Positions 32,063-42,251 are shown, counted from the whole stretch's first letter. The stretch is DNA of 63,859 nt, filler included, from Stramenopiles sp. TOSAG23-3 (GCA_900128585.1; 14 parts of 14 records of this genome joined end to end with filler, not necessarily neighbours in it), one strand, 5' to 3'. Made by a program: numbers and translations. Notes: a model not told the origin generated them from the letters alone.

Positions 32063-35000
32063 AACGTTTTTGTTACCAAAGATGGTTTTTCCATTACGCA
32101 GTGGAATGAAAACGGTCAGTATGAAGAACGGGGGAGTGGATTCCACGTTGTTGAGGCCGTTGCTGTGTACCAAGGGAGCGTTTCCAGGTCCCGACTGTAT
32201 TATACGCTGATTTCAAAAGCAAGGGGCGTTACGGAGTGGGGGCTACAACCCTTTACCCCCCTTGGTTTTGTCCCAACTGGCAAAGACCTCTTGGCTGACT
32301 GGACGGGCAACGGCCTTCGTGTAAAGCTTTTTTCTCCAAAATGCCAACCTCGGGGAGTATACCACCTCCCTTTGGTTGGCAGGGCGACTGTAGGAGACGT
32401 ACACCTCCAGGCCGTCAACGTAATCGTAGACGTTTTCCAAGAGGACGGTGCAGGCAAAGTAACCAAAAGAGGCGAGCTACGTTTGACGCGGGGTTTGGGT
32501 AGCCTGCTTCTTGAAGGGCTGGAGGACTCGCCCAAAAAAAGTGACGATGGTGATAAGTTTTTTCAATTGAACTTTCGTGTAAATAATATGGGTAGTGGTA
32601 GTTTAACGATTCCCGTATGCAACATGGATCAGCAGGAGCACCTCCCACCGACAATTTCGAAGCAGACCGCAAGTTTCCCAGTCTCATCAATTCTTCAGGT
32701 TGGAAGCAAGGGCCTGTCCATACAGGATCGAGGCAGTTTGGAGCTTTGTGGCGATTCCTATCTGCTGATGGCTTCTGCGGCAATGATCAGGCTCTCCAGG
32801 GGCGGCAGCATGACTATTCGGCCATGCAGTGGTTCTATGCCTGTTGTTATCTTGGCGGCTAAACGGGATGCGCCGTGGGCGGGAATATACGTCGAAGGTA
32901 AAGGAAGTGAACTACTCTTGCAGTTTGCAATGTTAGTTTTGAGCGGAGCTTCACTCCCTGGCCACCGTGGCTCTGGCCTCGGCCATCGTGATGAGACGGC
33001 AGTGATACACGCGCAGAAGAATGCGTTGGTTCGGATGAAAAGCGTGTACTTGTTTGATGGCAAGGGGCAAGCTATCGTTGCAAAGGATTCTCGAGTGGAC
33101 GTGACAGATTCCTTGGTCCAACGATTCACCTGCGGCCTGCAGATTCTGGACGTCAACGCGTCAATAGAAAGTAGCGTGTTCCATGGCTTTCCTGGCATCC
33201 CCAGCAAGGAGCATGAAGACAGTGACCATGATGCCATGTATATTGTCGGTGGAAACGTTAGCATAATTAAATCGGCCGTTGGGGATGCAATGGACGATTG
33301 CATTGACAGTGGTACCGGTCCTGGTGGCAGCCTCTTGATCAAAGAATCATGGGTAGAAAGTTGTTTTCACGAAGGTGTGGCGCTGTCGGACAACGGCTGG
33401 GGAATTAGCAAAAACGTGCGAATTGAACGGAGCGTGATAAGAGATAACCAGCAAGGCATTGAGCTAGGGTTTAGTACTCACTTTCATACCGTCGACGTTC
33501 GTTCCTCTTTGATTATTGAAAACCAAATTGGGTTACGAATTGGAGACAACTATGGATGGGCTACGGAAGGAATCTTGCGCTGCGATGGCTGCATTTTCGC
33601 AAACAATTCTGAAGGGATCAAAAACCTTCACGCGGGGAATTTCCGTTCAATGCCAGAGCAAATCGTCATGGCAGGGAGTGTGATACAGCCTGGGGATGTT
33701 TTGGAACGACATTACCAGCCAGACAATATCAGGCTAAACGTTAACGCAATTTTGCAATCGCCAATGTCGGGGTGGATTCGGCCTGTGGTAACATCGGCGT
33801 ACACGCCAGATGGTACAGAAAGGTTAGGGGATTTATGCGCCCAAAGGTCGAATATTTGCGGCCCCATTTTAGGTTCCGAGACTCTACGCGACGTTTCCAG
33901 TGCCTCGGAGTGCGCAGATACCGACGTGATTACGTTGACTATGGGAGAACGCGATCAAAGCAATGATATTACCATGTCATCGTGTGCATTCCACTTAGAC
34001 GGCGAGTCGCACAGTGCGGCGGTAGCTCGATTTAGATGGGAATCGACCCGTTTTTGCCAGAAGCACAGAGTGCTATCTGAAAACGATAGAAACACTATTC
34101 AAACAGCTTTGCTAAACCATCGTCGCGGGCAGCTGTCGCCTTCTAAGAAGTCGGCTCCACGCCCGGAGAACCATATTCTAATACTGTGGGGCACTGTGCC
34201 AAACAACGTCAGGGACGATATCCGAACATTTCTATGCCAAAATGCCTCTGGAATGGTTGTTGCATCGGCTTGGGACATTTACCCAAGCAAGGACATGGCT
34301 TCAAAATTCGATGAAAACTGGTACAAACGCTTCTACGGTGACAAGTACTACCATATCTACGAAGCAGGGAATCCAATTACTATGCATCAGCACAAAGGGG
34401 GGTCGGTATTTTCTGCATTCTTGTTGCATGATCGCACACCATCATATTTTGATGCGAAACATGGGAAAGGGTACGTAAACAAACGAGTGTACAATCTCAA
34501 ATACGGCCTGCGATCATGGCTCCCTAAACGGTTTAGTTTGCATACTTCTCAGACAAGCGCTGAATCCGACAGAGATATCCATTGGTTGTGGGGATCAATG
34601 CCGTCAAAAGAAGACGGGTGCAATGCCGTGCAGCGTGGCATTTACGTGAATAAATTCAAACGTGTAGCGTCGGCTGTCTCTATCTCTCAGGTAATGCGAA
34701 ATATTGCCCGTGGCGAGTTCTTTGGGTACTCCCTTGATGTAAAAGAGATCGAATACGATATTCGCATGTCGCTTTCGGCGCCAGGGCACACTGCAACGCC
34801 GATGTCGGACATGTATGCGGGTGCGATCCTCGGAACAAGCCGGATGCCGATTGTGGCCCAGACGCCAGACGACACAAAGTGGTACAAAACAACTGTGACA
34901 CTTGCCGAAATTGCCGGTATGTATGTGCTCAATTCAAAAAGCTGGTGGGGCATCGATCGCCCCTGCACCAAAATATCGTCTGTCGCAGAAAGAATGTTTC

Positions 35001-35290
35001 GAGAGAACAGCAAAGGCAGTCGGTCGAAGAATCGTCACGTAACCAAGCTGGTGAGTATGCTAGAAGTAAAGGCGACCCCAGAAAGAACTGTGACGGCCGT
35101 GACGCACGATTTCACACACTTTACATTGTACGATGGCAACCATCGTTCGATGTATCTCCATTTAACGGAGAATAAGGCTGTTGAAATAGACCTAGTCATC
35201 GGGTACAGTCCACTCTTTGGCCGGGCGTACAAAGGCAACTTTTACTGTCTGGGCGAGCACCAGCCTGCCTATGATGGAAGGGGAGGCTAA
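32063..35290 (+). CDS. Multidomain protein: right-handed beta-helix + NDK-like domain + ParB/sulfiredoxin-like domain (5' truncated)
   Basis: Open from the contig start. Beta-helix-type repeats (DHDAMYIVGGNVSIIKS, DDCIDSG, HEGVALS, NQQGIELG, NQIGLRIGDNY); segment HILILW...KRFYG...VNKRVYNLK..LR...LHTSQTSAESDRDI; C-terminal LYDGNHR. Confidence 0.8.
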   Translation, partial: NVFVTKDGFSITQWNENGQYEERGSGFHVVEAVAVYQGSVSRSRLYYTLISKARGVTEWGLQPFTPLGFVPTGKDLLADWTGNGLRVKLFSPKCQPRGVYHLPLVGRATVGDVHLQAVNVIVDVFQEDGAGKVTKRGELRLTRGLGSLLLEGLEDSPKKSDDGDKFFQLNFRVNNMGSGSLTIPVCNMDQQEHLPPTISKQTASFPVSSILQVGSKGLSIQDRGSLELCGDSYLLMASAAMIRLSRGGSMTIRPCSGSMPVVILAAKRDAPWAGIYVEGKGSELLLQFAMLVLSGASLPGHRGSGLGHRDETAVIHAQKNALVRMKSVYLFDGKGQAIVAKDSRVDVTDSLVQRFTCGLQILDVNASIESSVFHGFPGIPSKEHEDSDHDAMYIVGGNVSIIKSAVGDAMDDCIDSGTGPGGSLLIKESWVESCFHEGVALSDNGWGISKNVRIERSVIRDNQQGIELGFSTHFHTVDVRSSLIIENQIGLRIGDNYGWATEGILRCDGCIFANNSEGIKNLHAGNFRSMPEQIVMAGSVIQPGDVLERHYQPDNIRLNVNAILQSPMSGWIRPVVTSAYTPDGTERLGDLCAQRSNICGPILGSETLRDVSSASECADTDVITLTMGERDQSNDITMSSCAFHLDGESHSAAVARFRWESTRFCQKHRVLSENDRNTIQTALLNHRRGQLSPSKKSAPRPENHILILWGTVPNNVRDDIRTFLCQNASGMVVASAWDIYPSKDMASKFDENWYKRFYGDKYYHIYEAGNPITMHQHKGGSVFSAFLLHDRTPSYFDAKHGKGYVNKRVYNLKYGLRSWLPKRFSLHTSQTSAESDRDIHWLWGSMPSKEDGCNAVQRGIYVNKFKRVASAVSISQVMRNIARGEFFGYSLDVKEIEYDIRMSLSAPGHTATPMSDMYAGAILGTSRMPIVAQTPDDTKWYKTTVTLAEIAGMYVLNSKSWWGIDRPCTKISSVAERMFRENSKGSRSKNRHVTKLVSMLEVKATPERTVTAVTHDFTHFTLYDGNHRSMYLHLTENKAVEIDLVIGYSPLFGRAYKGNFYCLGEHQPAYDGRGG

Positions 35291-35580
35291 TTTTGAGTGT
35301 GAAGGAGTTCAGTTTGGAGGTCGGACGGTGAACACACAACTTCATGATAATGCAGAGATGCCTGGCCCATTGTATGATGCGTCTTCAGATCCTTCAAGTG
35401 TAAGAGAGGGTAATAAAATCTACCTCGTATTTGGTATGAAAATAACAGCCAATTTTCTTGTTTTTAAGATAAAATCTAAATAATAAGAACAGGGAGCATA
35501 AGTTTATGTAAAACATAGGATATTTGTTTCTTAAAGAACCAAGAGTAAGTAAGTAAGTAAAATGAAGATATGAGTGAACC

Positions 35581-36525
35581 TTACCGTTTGTTTCTCTTGG
35601 CTGCCATTTTCTTTCGCCTCGCTGCCTTTTTGTCCGCTGCCTCTTTCGCCTTTGCTTCCTCTTTTGCTTTCTTTTTGGCGGCTTTCTTTTTTTGTTTTTC
35701 AGTCAGTTTCTTTGGTTTCTTTTTCTTGTTCTTCTTTTCTCGTTTAGCCCACGCTTTAGACACTTTCTTCATGGCCTTCTTGGACGTTGCAGTTATTCCT
35801 AGCATACGGGAGACGCGAAGAGCGTTTGCGGGTGGGCGCCACTTGTTATCTGAAACGTTCCCGCCAACATAAAGCTTGTTAAACTGAAGGTCATAGTCCT
35901 TATTTTGGGCTGCCACCGATTCGACATAGGCATCGAAGGCTTCTTTCTCTTCCCTTTCTTTCTCCTCCTTGGCTATCTTCACTGCACGCTCCTCTTGCAT
36001 CTTCTTTTGCCTTGCTTCGTTTTTGATTGCAAACTCCGCATCTTTCAATTCTTTCTCCTTCTTTTGTCGTTTTCGTTTGACAAATCCTATCGAATTAATG
36101 CAATTCCAAAAGTTCCGTTTGGTGCGGGTGACGCGGAACCTTGTCCTCAGTTTTGTATTGAGCTTCATTTTTAATAGGCCGGTCGGAGTATCGCGCTCCC
36201 CGGAGAACCACCATACGCAGAACGGTTCAAACTCAATTATTCCGGTTGACTTAGGGTCAATAATGGCAAGGGCGTTCTCCAATCGCTCGTCGTTCAAAGG
36301 ATCACCGAGTCGTCGACACAATTCTTGCAATTGGTATGCTCGAACTTGCGACTTTTTCAACGTGGCCTTTTGGTGCGCCAACGGTTTCTTCCTAAAGTCT
36401 TCGAAATGCTCCATCAGCAGAACCCTGGCGTATTTACCAGCACATAAATGTTTTCGGTATCTCTCAGAGCGCTTGTCCTCAGCCTCGAACGAGTCCATTT
36501 CAATTCCCCAAATCTTGAGGTCATG
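35581..36525 (-). CDS. EF-hand-containing protein with coiled-coil and Lys-rich tail (5' truncated)
   Basis: LQELCRRLGDPLNDERLENALAIIDPKSTGIIEFEPFCVWW EF-hand lobe. The frame is open to the contig end. Confidence 0.8.
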   Translation of the reverse strand, partial: HDLKIWGIEMDSFEAEDKRSERYRKHLCAGKYARVLLMEHFEDFRKKPLAHQKATLKKSQVRAYQLQELCRRLGDPLNDERLENALAIIDPKSTGIIEFEPFCVWWFSGERDTPTGLLKMKLNTKLRTRFRVTRTKRNFWNCINSIGFVKRKRQKKEKELKDAEFAIKNEARQKKMQEERAVKIAKEEKEREEKEAFDAYVESVAAQNKDYDLQFNKLYVGGNVSDNKWRPPANALRVSRMLGITATSKKAMKKVSKAWAKREKKNKKKKPKKLTEKQKKKAAKKKAKEEAKAKEAADKKAARRKKMAAKRNKR

Positions 36526-36750
36526 AANNNNNNNNNNNNNNNNNNNNNNNNNNNNNNNNNNNNNNNNNNNNTTAATTAATTAANNNNNNNNNNNNNNNNN
36601 NNNNNNNNNNNNNNNNNNNNNNNNNNNACGACGATGAAAATCTTCACAACATATAGCACAGCAAAAGTATTATACGGCTATAATTTCAAAACATTTTAAA
36701 AATGTTAATATGAATTAATTCTAAATATTGTACAACAGTTATATTGGTTT

Positions 36751-38436
36751 TTAAGAAGTGGAAGAAGAGGCCTCTGCATTCCTTCTCTCCACGGCATGCT
36801 TTCGTTTTGCAAGATCCAACTCCCTCATGATAGTTTGAAGCATATTCGTCGCAGCTCTAACATTCGCGCCCCCGTTTGCTTGCCTAGCCCAATAGGTTTG
36901 CGCGTTCTCTTGAATGAGCCGGATGTCACTCTGAATCTCGCCGTACGTCTCGTAGGCCTTGCCGCCTATCCCTTGTATCCTCTGCCAAACCTGATTCAGG
37001 CCGCGCGGTTTCTTGACGTACTGAAAGTAAGTGTCCAGCTTCAGGTCGTAGGATTCTTCGGGTTTTGCCGTGGCCGGGTGCACGGCAACTTTCCACTTCG
37101 GGTTCGTCGCACTTTTTACCCGCTGGGGGCGTTCGTAATCGAACACGGCTTCCCCGTTGTCCTCTCGCGTAACGGTCGCGTCTATGTACATATTCCGGTT
37201 TCCCTCCTCCTCGTTTACTATCAATACTTTCACTTTCTGGTTTATTACTTTGGTCATTCTGTCGAACGGGACGTTTTCACAAAAGAAGCGAGCCACCAAC
37301 AAATTGATTAGCGTATCACGCTCGGACTGCAACACAGGGGAGAGTCCGACCTCTTCCCAGAGCTCCATGCAACTCTTCAGGTCCTTTGTGTAGGCCAACG
37401 AATTCTTTAGGTACGGGCTTTCTGGCTTTTTGTGGAATTTTTTCTCCATGGCCTCGAGCTTCCGGATAAGTTTCTGCGCCCGCGCTCCATGGACTTTTCG
37501 CACATTTTTCATTATGGTCGGAAAGGAAATAGGGTTGGACTCCAGCACGATCTCCGCAATTTTAAAGGTGTAGTCATCGTTGTAAAACACTGTCTTCTCC
37601 TTTATGCTTTCATCCTCGTCCTCGTACCCCGCGGTTTCGTTCCACTTCCAGCTCTCTGGCTTATCGTTCGATATTTTGCCCGTGTAAATACTTTGGAAAT
37701 AGGACCGCCCGTCGTCCGCACGCTTTTGTTCCCACTGCGTGCGCACGCCCGCGGGAAGCTTGCACACGAGTTTTCCGTGGTTCGACTTTGCAGACAAACG
37801 AGTCGGGCAAGGGCAGAAGTCGGGGAACATTTTTCGGGCATCACTAATGACCCGGAGTACCTTGGATTTGTTGGAACCTATCGCCCCTTCCAAGTGCCTT
37901 GCGTCCACAACTTTCTTTTTGTCCAGGGTGAACTGACTTCCCACGAGGTCTTTGAACCTTTCCTTTATCTGCTCCTCCGTAAGGATTTTCGGCATTTTTC
38001 GGTCCTCCGTCTCGTCAAAATCGTCTGTGCGAATCGTGAACTCCCCGAACTTTCGTTTTTTCCCGCTCATGCTTACCAGTCCGTTCCCGTAATATTTCTT
38101 GAACAGCTCGTTGGAGTAATACTTCCTGTGCCGAAGGACGTAGCCGCAGGCCGCGAGGATGGGCTGAGCTGCAGGGTTTTCAAATTCCAAGATCGTCTGG
38201 GCTCTGTTTCCCAAGGGTTGTGTCACTCTCGCAACGAAGGTCCCATTGTTTTTCGTCTCTTTCGGGCAGCATACCACGACAATTTTTACCTCTTGGTTGC
38301 TCCGCCAGTCTTGAACGTTTTCACACATAAGCAGGACACGGTTCGTCCCCTTCTTGCGCACTATCCGGTGTATACAAAAATACTCCCTTTTCGCAAGTTC
38401 TGCCAAAGGGTCGAAGTCCGCCGTCGAAGCGCTCAT
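36751..38436 (-). CDS. WW-domain and atypical bromodomain protein
   Basis: LPAG...WEQKRADDGRSYFQSIYTGKISNDKP (WW); YFQYVKKPRGL...YETYGEIQSDIRLIQENAQTYW (bromodomain ZA loop to helix B). Confidence 0.78.
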   Translation of the reverse strand: MSASTADFDPLAELAKREYFCIHRIVRKKGTNRVLLMCENVQDWRSNQEVKIVVVCCPKETKNNGTFVARVTQPLGNRAQTILEFENPAAQPILAACGYVLRHRKYYSNELFKKYYGNGLVSMSGKKRKFGEFTIRTDDFDETEDRKMPKILTEEQIKERFKDLVGSQFTLDKKKVVDARHLEGAIGSNKSKVLRVISDARKMFPDFCPCPTRLSAKSNHGKLVCKLPAGVRTQWEQKRADDGRSYFQSIYTGKISNDKPESWKWNETAGYEDEDESIKEKTVFYNDDYTFKIAEIVLESNPISFPTIMKNVRKVHGARAQKLIRKLEAMEKKFHKKPESPYLKNSLAYTKDLKSCMELWEEVGLSPVLQSERDTLINLLVARFFCENVPFDRMTKVINQKVKVLIVNEEEGNRNMYIDATVTREDNGEAVFDYERPQRVKSATNPKWKVAVHPATAKPEESYDLKLDTYFQYVKKPRGLNQVWQRIQGIGGKAYETYGEIQSDIRLIQENAQTYWARQANGGANVRAATNMLQTIMRELDLAKRKHAVERRNAEASSSTS

Positions 38437-39043
38437 AATCCTAAACGGCGAAGGGCAACAACTGTAACGATAAGAGAGTAGAAGACGCGACGTTAAGTTT
38501 ACTTGATGTGTAATAATACAGAATCTTCCTCTCTGTCGACCAGACCAAACTTAGTGTTCGTTGTTAACTTGAATCTATTTCTACGTGGAATGTATAGATT
38601 TATCGAAATCGCTGTACCAAATAGATTTAAAAAATATAAACCACCACCACCCCACCAACCAAGTTATTTTACAACAACATTGGTAGTTAATAATATAGTG
38701 GTGTGTCTTCTTTTCAACCATCACCTCCTCATCAATCTCAATCATCATTCATCATCATCAATTCATCATCATTTTTTTATTTTTTATTTTTTATTATTAT
38801 AAATATTTATTATTATTTTTATTAAAATAATAATAATATTGGTGGTGGTAGTATGTAGTTTAAATATTTAAATAAAACTTGAATAGATATATCTCTATCT
38901 ATAGTGCGGGAAAAATAATCCGCTTGCAACCATCACGTTGATTTTAGTGGATCTCAAATTATATCGAAATGTCCACCAAAGAAATAAGCAAGATTCACTC
39001 CCGACTCAGTAACAATTACTCATTACATATCGACCTTAACATA

Positions 39044-39787
39044 ATGGCCTTCGTTAAAACCCAGCTGGTGTTGACGTTTTTCTGTATTTTGAGAGTCGCC
39101 GCAGGGACTAAATGTGGAAAAGCGAACGGGAAATATGACTTTTCTGAGCTGAAAAATTTGAACATGAGCATTATGCAAGATGGTTACAACTACACGATTG
39201 ATTTATGCGGGTTATCCCCTCGGAAGTGCCCAAAGGACCCAGACGGAGTTGTTGAAGGAATGGCCACACAATATTCGCCACAAAGGTGCTATGTACTGGG
39301 ACAATACGATAATACAGTTGCCTGGGAAGAAGGAGACGAAACAGCTACTTTGACTACTGGTAATGGGTCCCCAGCGGATTGCCCGTTGGGGCTTCCACGC
39401 AAGTTAAGTGTGACACTTATGTGCGACCCGAAGCAGACAAAGAAAGATTTGCCGGAAACTACGTTCAGTGTATCGTCTTCAGGCTGCAGTATTCAGGTTG
39501 CAGTGCCAACCTGTTTGGCCTGTAACAAAGGGTGTTCAGACCCTAAGCCAAGCCCCAGTCCGTCAGCAGATCATTGCTGCTATTATGATGACAAAAAGTC
39601 AGACCCAGATTGCCAAAAAGGTGCGGTTTGTTGTAGATCGCATTGTAAGGATCCACTCACTTGCAGCTTTTCAAAGTTTGGGTGTTCCATTTGGTACGGT
39701 CAAAAGCACAACTGCGAATGGAACTACAAGAAAAGAATTTGTGAAGTTGGAACACATCATTTGCAAAACCCATACTTCGAACATTAG
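39044..39787 (+). CDS. Secreted mannose-6-phosphate-receptor-homology (MRH/ATG27-like) domain protein with Cys-rich C-terminal domain
   Basis: Signal peptide from ATG 39044 (an upstream ATG at 38969 is also in frame); YDFSEL, YNYTIDLCG, CYVLG, RKLSVTLMCDP, GCSIQVAVPTCLAC; PSPSPS linker, then a Cys-rich tail. Confidence 0.75.
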   Translation: MAFVKTQLVLTFFCILRVAAGTKCGKANGKYDFSELKNLNMSIMQDGYNYTIDLCGLSPRKCPKDPDGVVEGMATQYSPQRCYVLGQYDNTVAWEEGDETATLTTGNGSPADCPLGLPRKLSVTLMCDPKQTKKDLPETTFSVSSSGCSIQVAVPTCLACNKGCSDPKPSPSPSADHCCYYDDKKSDPDCQKGAVCCRSHCKDPLTCSFSKFGCSIWYGQKHNCEWNYKKRICEVGTHHLQNPYFEH

Positions 39788-40260
39788 ATTTTAATTTCGC
39801 GCACTCGCGCTATTGATCTTTTGGTAATTTTAATTGCTGATGGTCTCGGGTCCTTTAATTAAATTCCGGTAAAGACGTTTTCCCCCGAGAACCCGATAGT
39901 TGCCGTTTTAGTTGTGACTTGACAGCGGCGGCAAAAAAGAGCATTGGCCAGTTAGGGTTAATCATTGTGCCATTATGATCCCCCTTCTTTAGCTGAAAGA
40001 TATAAATCTTGCAAGGCTTGCTTGAGAGATTGGTATAAGTGTTGACCAAGTGGAAGAAGAATTCGATAATTTTTATAAAGCCCACTAAAATAAACATAAA
40101 AAATGTAAATATTTTTTTATATTTTTTTTTCAGGAGGTAATGGTTTGAATTCTTGAAAAGCGTTCAATTGTGTAGACAATTTGTTCCTCATTTTTCTTCG
40201 CTGTTTACAATTTTACAATTACTTTTTTTTTTTTTTAATTTTCCCTGACATTTTCAAAAT

Positions 40261-40900
40261 CCTCTTAAAACTTCTCTTTTTCCTGGCGTTTCTTTTTTAC
40301 ATCATTTGCATTTCAGCCATTTCTTTTACACAATTCTTTTGACACAGTTTCTTCAACTGCATTACCAATTACTATAATTCTAGTTCTTTTTTTATGTTGT
40401 CTAATGATGGTATATTTTTCAATGTAGTTACATTTTTAACACTCCGTTGAAACGAGCGCTTTGATGCTCTTTTTGTAAACTCCATATTAATCAAAATATT
40501 TTCCCAATTGCAAAACCATAATTGGTGGAAATGCGTCTGCAATCTCGTCGAAAGCTTCGTATATAAAGACAAATGGTATGGCAAGTAGTGAACCCGCTGC
40601 AAACAATACACAAATTACTCCCATAGTACCATATACATATTTAAAAATATGTAACATATCTAATACCAAACTTGGACCTATTGGCGGCACTACAGGGGTG
40701 TTTGTGACGTTAGTAAAAAGAGGAGGTGCTTTGCAAGTGATGTCCATATAATTCGTATCTCCAAACATTATCATCTTCCCGTTGTAAACAATGGACGAGT
40801 GACTATAACGCGAGCTGGGTTTTGTGCCAGGAAGGGTCTCTGCGGTTGCCCTGGCATACGTCAAATAAATGAATACGAATCGGAATAAAAAGGAAATCAT
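40261..40900 (-). pseudogene. Degenerate Kelch-repeat membrane protein fragment
   Basis: Signal peptide, one partial Kelch blade (PSSRYSHSSIVYNGKMIMFG), an abrupt join to a TM segment, then coding-like sequence continuing in shifted frames with stops. Confidence 0.5.
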
Positions 40901-41555
40901 ATTTGGATTATGATGTTTTCGTGCTTTTGTTGCTGTTTAAATTGAATGGTAAGTAAGTTTCAACAAACGTATATTAATTTGTTGTGTATGATTGTATAGT
41001 TATCACTCTTTTTCTCTCTTCTTTTTTTCTACACTATCTCCTTGTTTCTATTCTACTATTCTAGAACGAACGACATTTAATTTAATTCTTNNNNNNNNNN
41101 NNNNNNNNNNNNNNNNNNNNNNNNNNNNNNNNNNTTAATTAATTAANNNNNNNNNNNNNNNNNNNNNNNNNNNNNNNNNNNNNNNNNNNNTTTGAATATC
41201 TTTGTTTTTTCTACTCGTATTTTTCATTCTACTATTTAAATTTGTCAATGTAATAAAAAGTGAACATTTACTCTTATAGAGTCGCCTAAAAAAATAAACA
41301 ACAATTCAAACAACATGATGGTAGACCCAACAAGTGATGATGCATGATGAGCTTTTCATCAGTCCAATCTCAGCAGCTGTGTGGGGTACCGTTAATAATA
41401 TTATTTATAAGAAGAGAATAATAGCTATAAATAATAGTATAATTATTATTATTATATAAAAAAGAAAGAAGAAGAAGGAACTATAAATAATATATTAGTC
41501 TATAATAACTGAAGAACGAAAGAAGAAAAAAATAATAATATTATATAATATCTAG

Positions 41556-42006
41556 ACTCGCCGAAATGCAAACGTATGAAAAACTGACCGCGGGTTACCA
41601 GCCGCCGCCGGGAACGCTGTACGGTCTCGGGCTCATGGAGTACGCGTTGTCTTTTTGGCTGAAAAACACGAGTTCGCTGTCGAGAAACTGCAAAAGGTAC
41701 CCCGAGTTTTGCAAGTGCGAATCGGTCAAATCGAAGTGCAAGGGGCATTTTCAGGTGTGGGGCCACCCGGGGTTAGATTGGGCCAGCGGAATGCCATTTT
41801 TGGGCGTTATTTCGGGCCTAAACATGTCGTTCGCAATGGCGTTTGACAGTTACCACGGCTTTAACTCATCGATGACGTTCCTGGAGAACAAGAACACGGA
41901 CCAGTATGCCAACACACAATGCATGGGGTTTGATGCAGCTGTGCATCATGTGTGGCCAGACTTTCCTGCTTTCAACTGCGAAAAGGGCGGGTGGCGCAGA
42001 AAATGA
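41556..42006 (+). CDS. Terminal exon or fragment of a beta-lactamase-family (serine hydrolase, S12-like) protein
   Basis: LAEMQT...YGLGLM...WGHPG match the C-terminal motifs of this fold. The coding-like sequence starts right after TAG at 41553-41555, at the end of an AT-rich block. The SxxK half is absent. Confidence 0.6.
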
Positions 42007-42251
42007 ATTTTTCTCGCATGCTGCGCTTTGGAGCCCACCCTGGTGCCTGTGAGGATACGGGTAGTGTGCCCAGGGAGAACCGTTCTCCCTGGGTGCTAGG
42101 TAGTGCTACGTGCTACAGTGTACACAGTATATGTTAAACGATACATGTTCTTGCGTCCTCGTGCTTACCGGTACCAGAGCGGCGCACTCTTTTCCGCCGC
42201 GCCCCGCCATGCCCCGCGCTCCCTGTGGTCCCGACACTAACGCCGGTCCAC

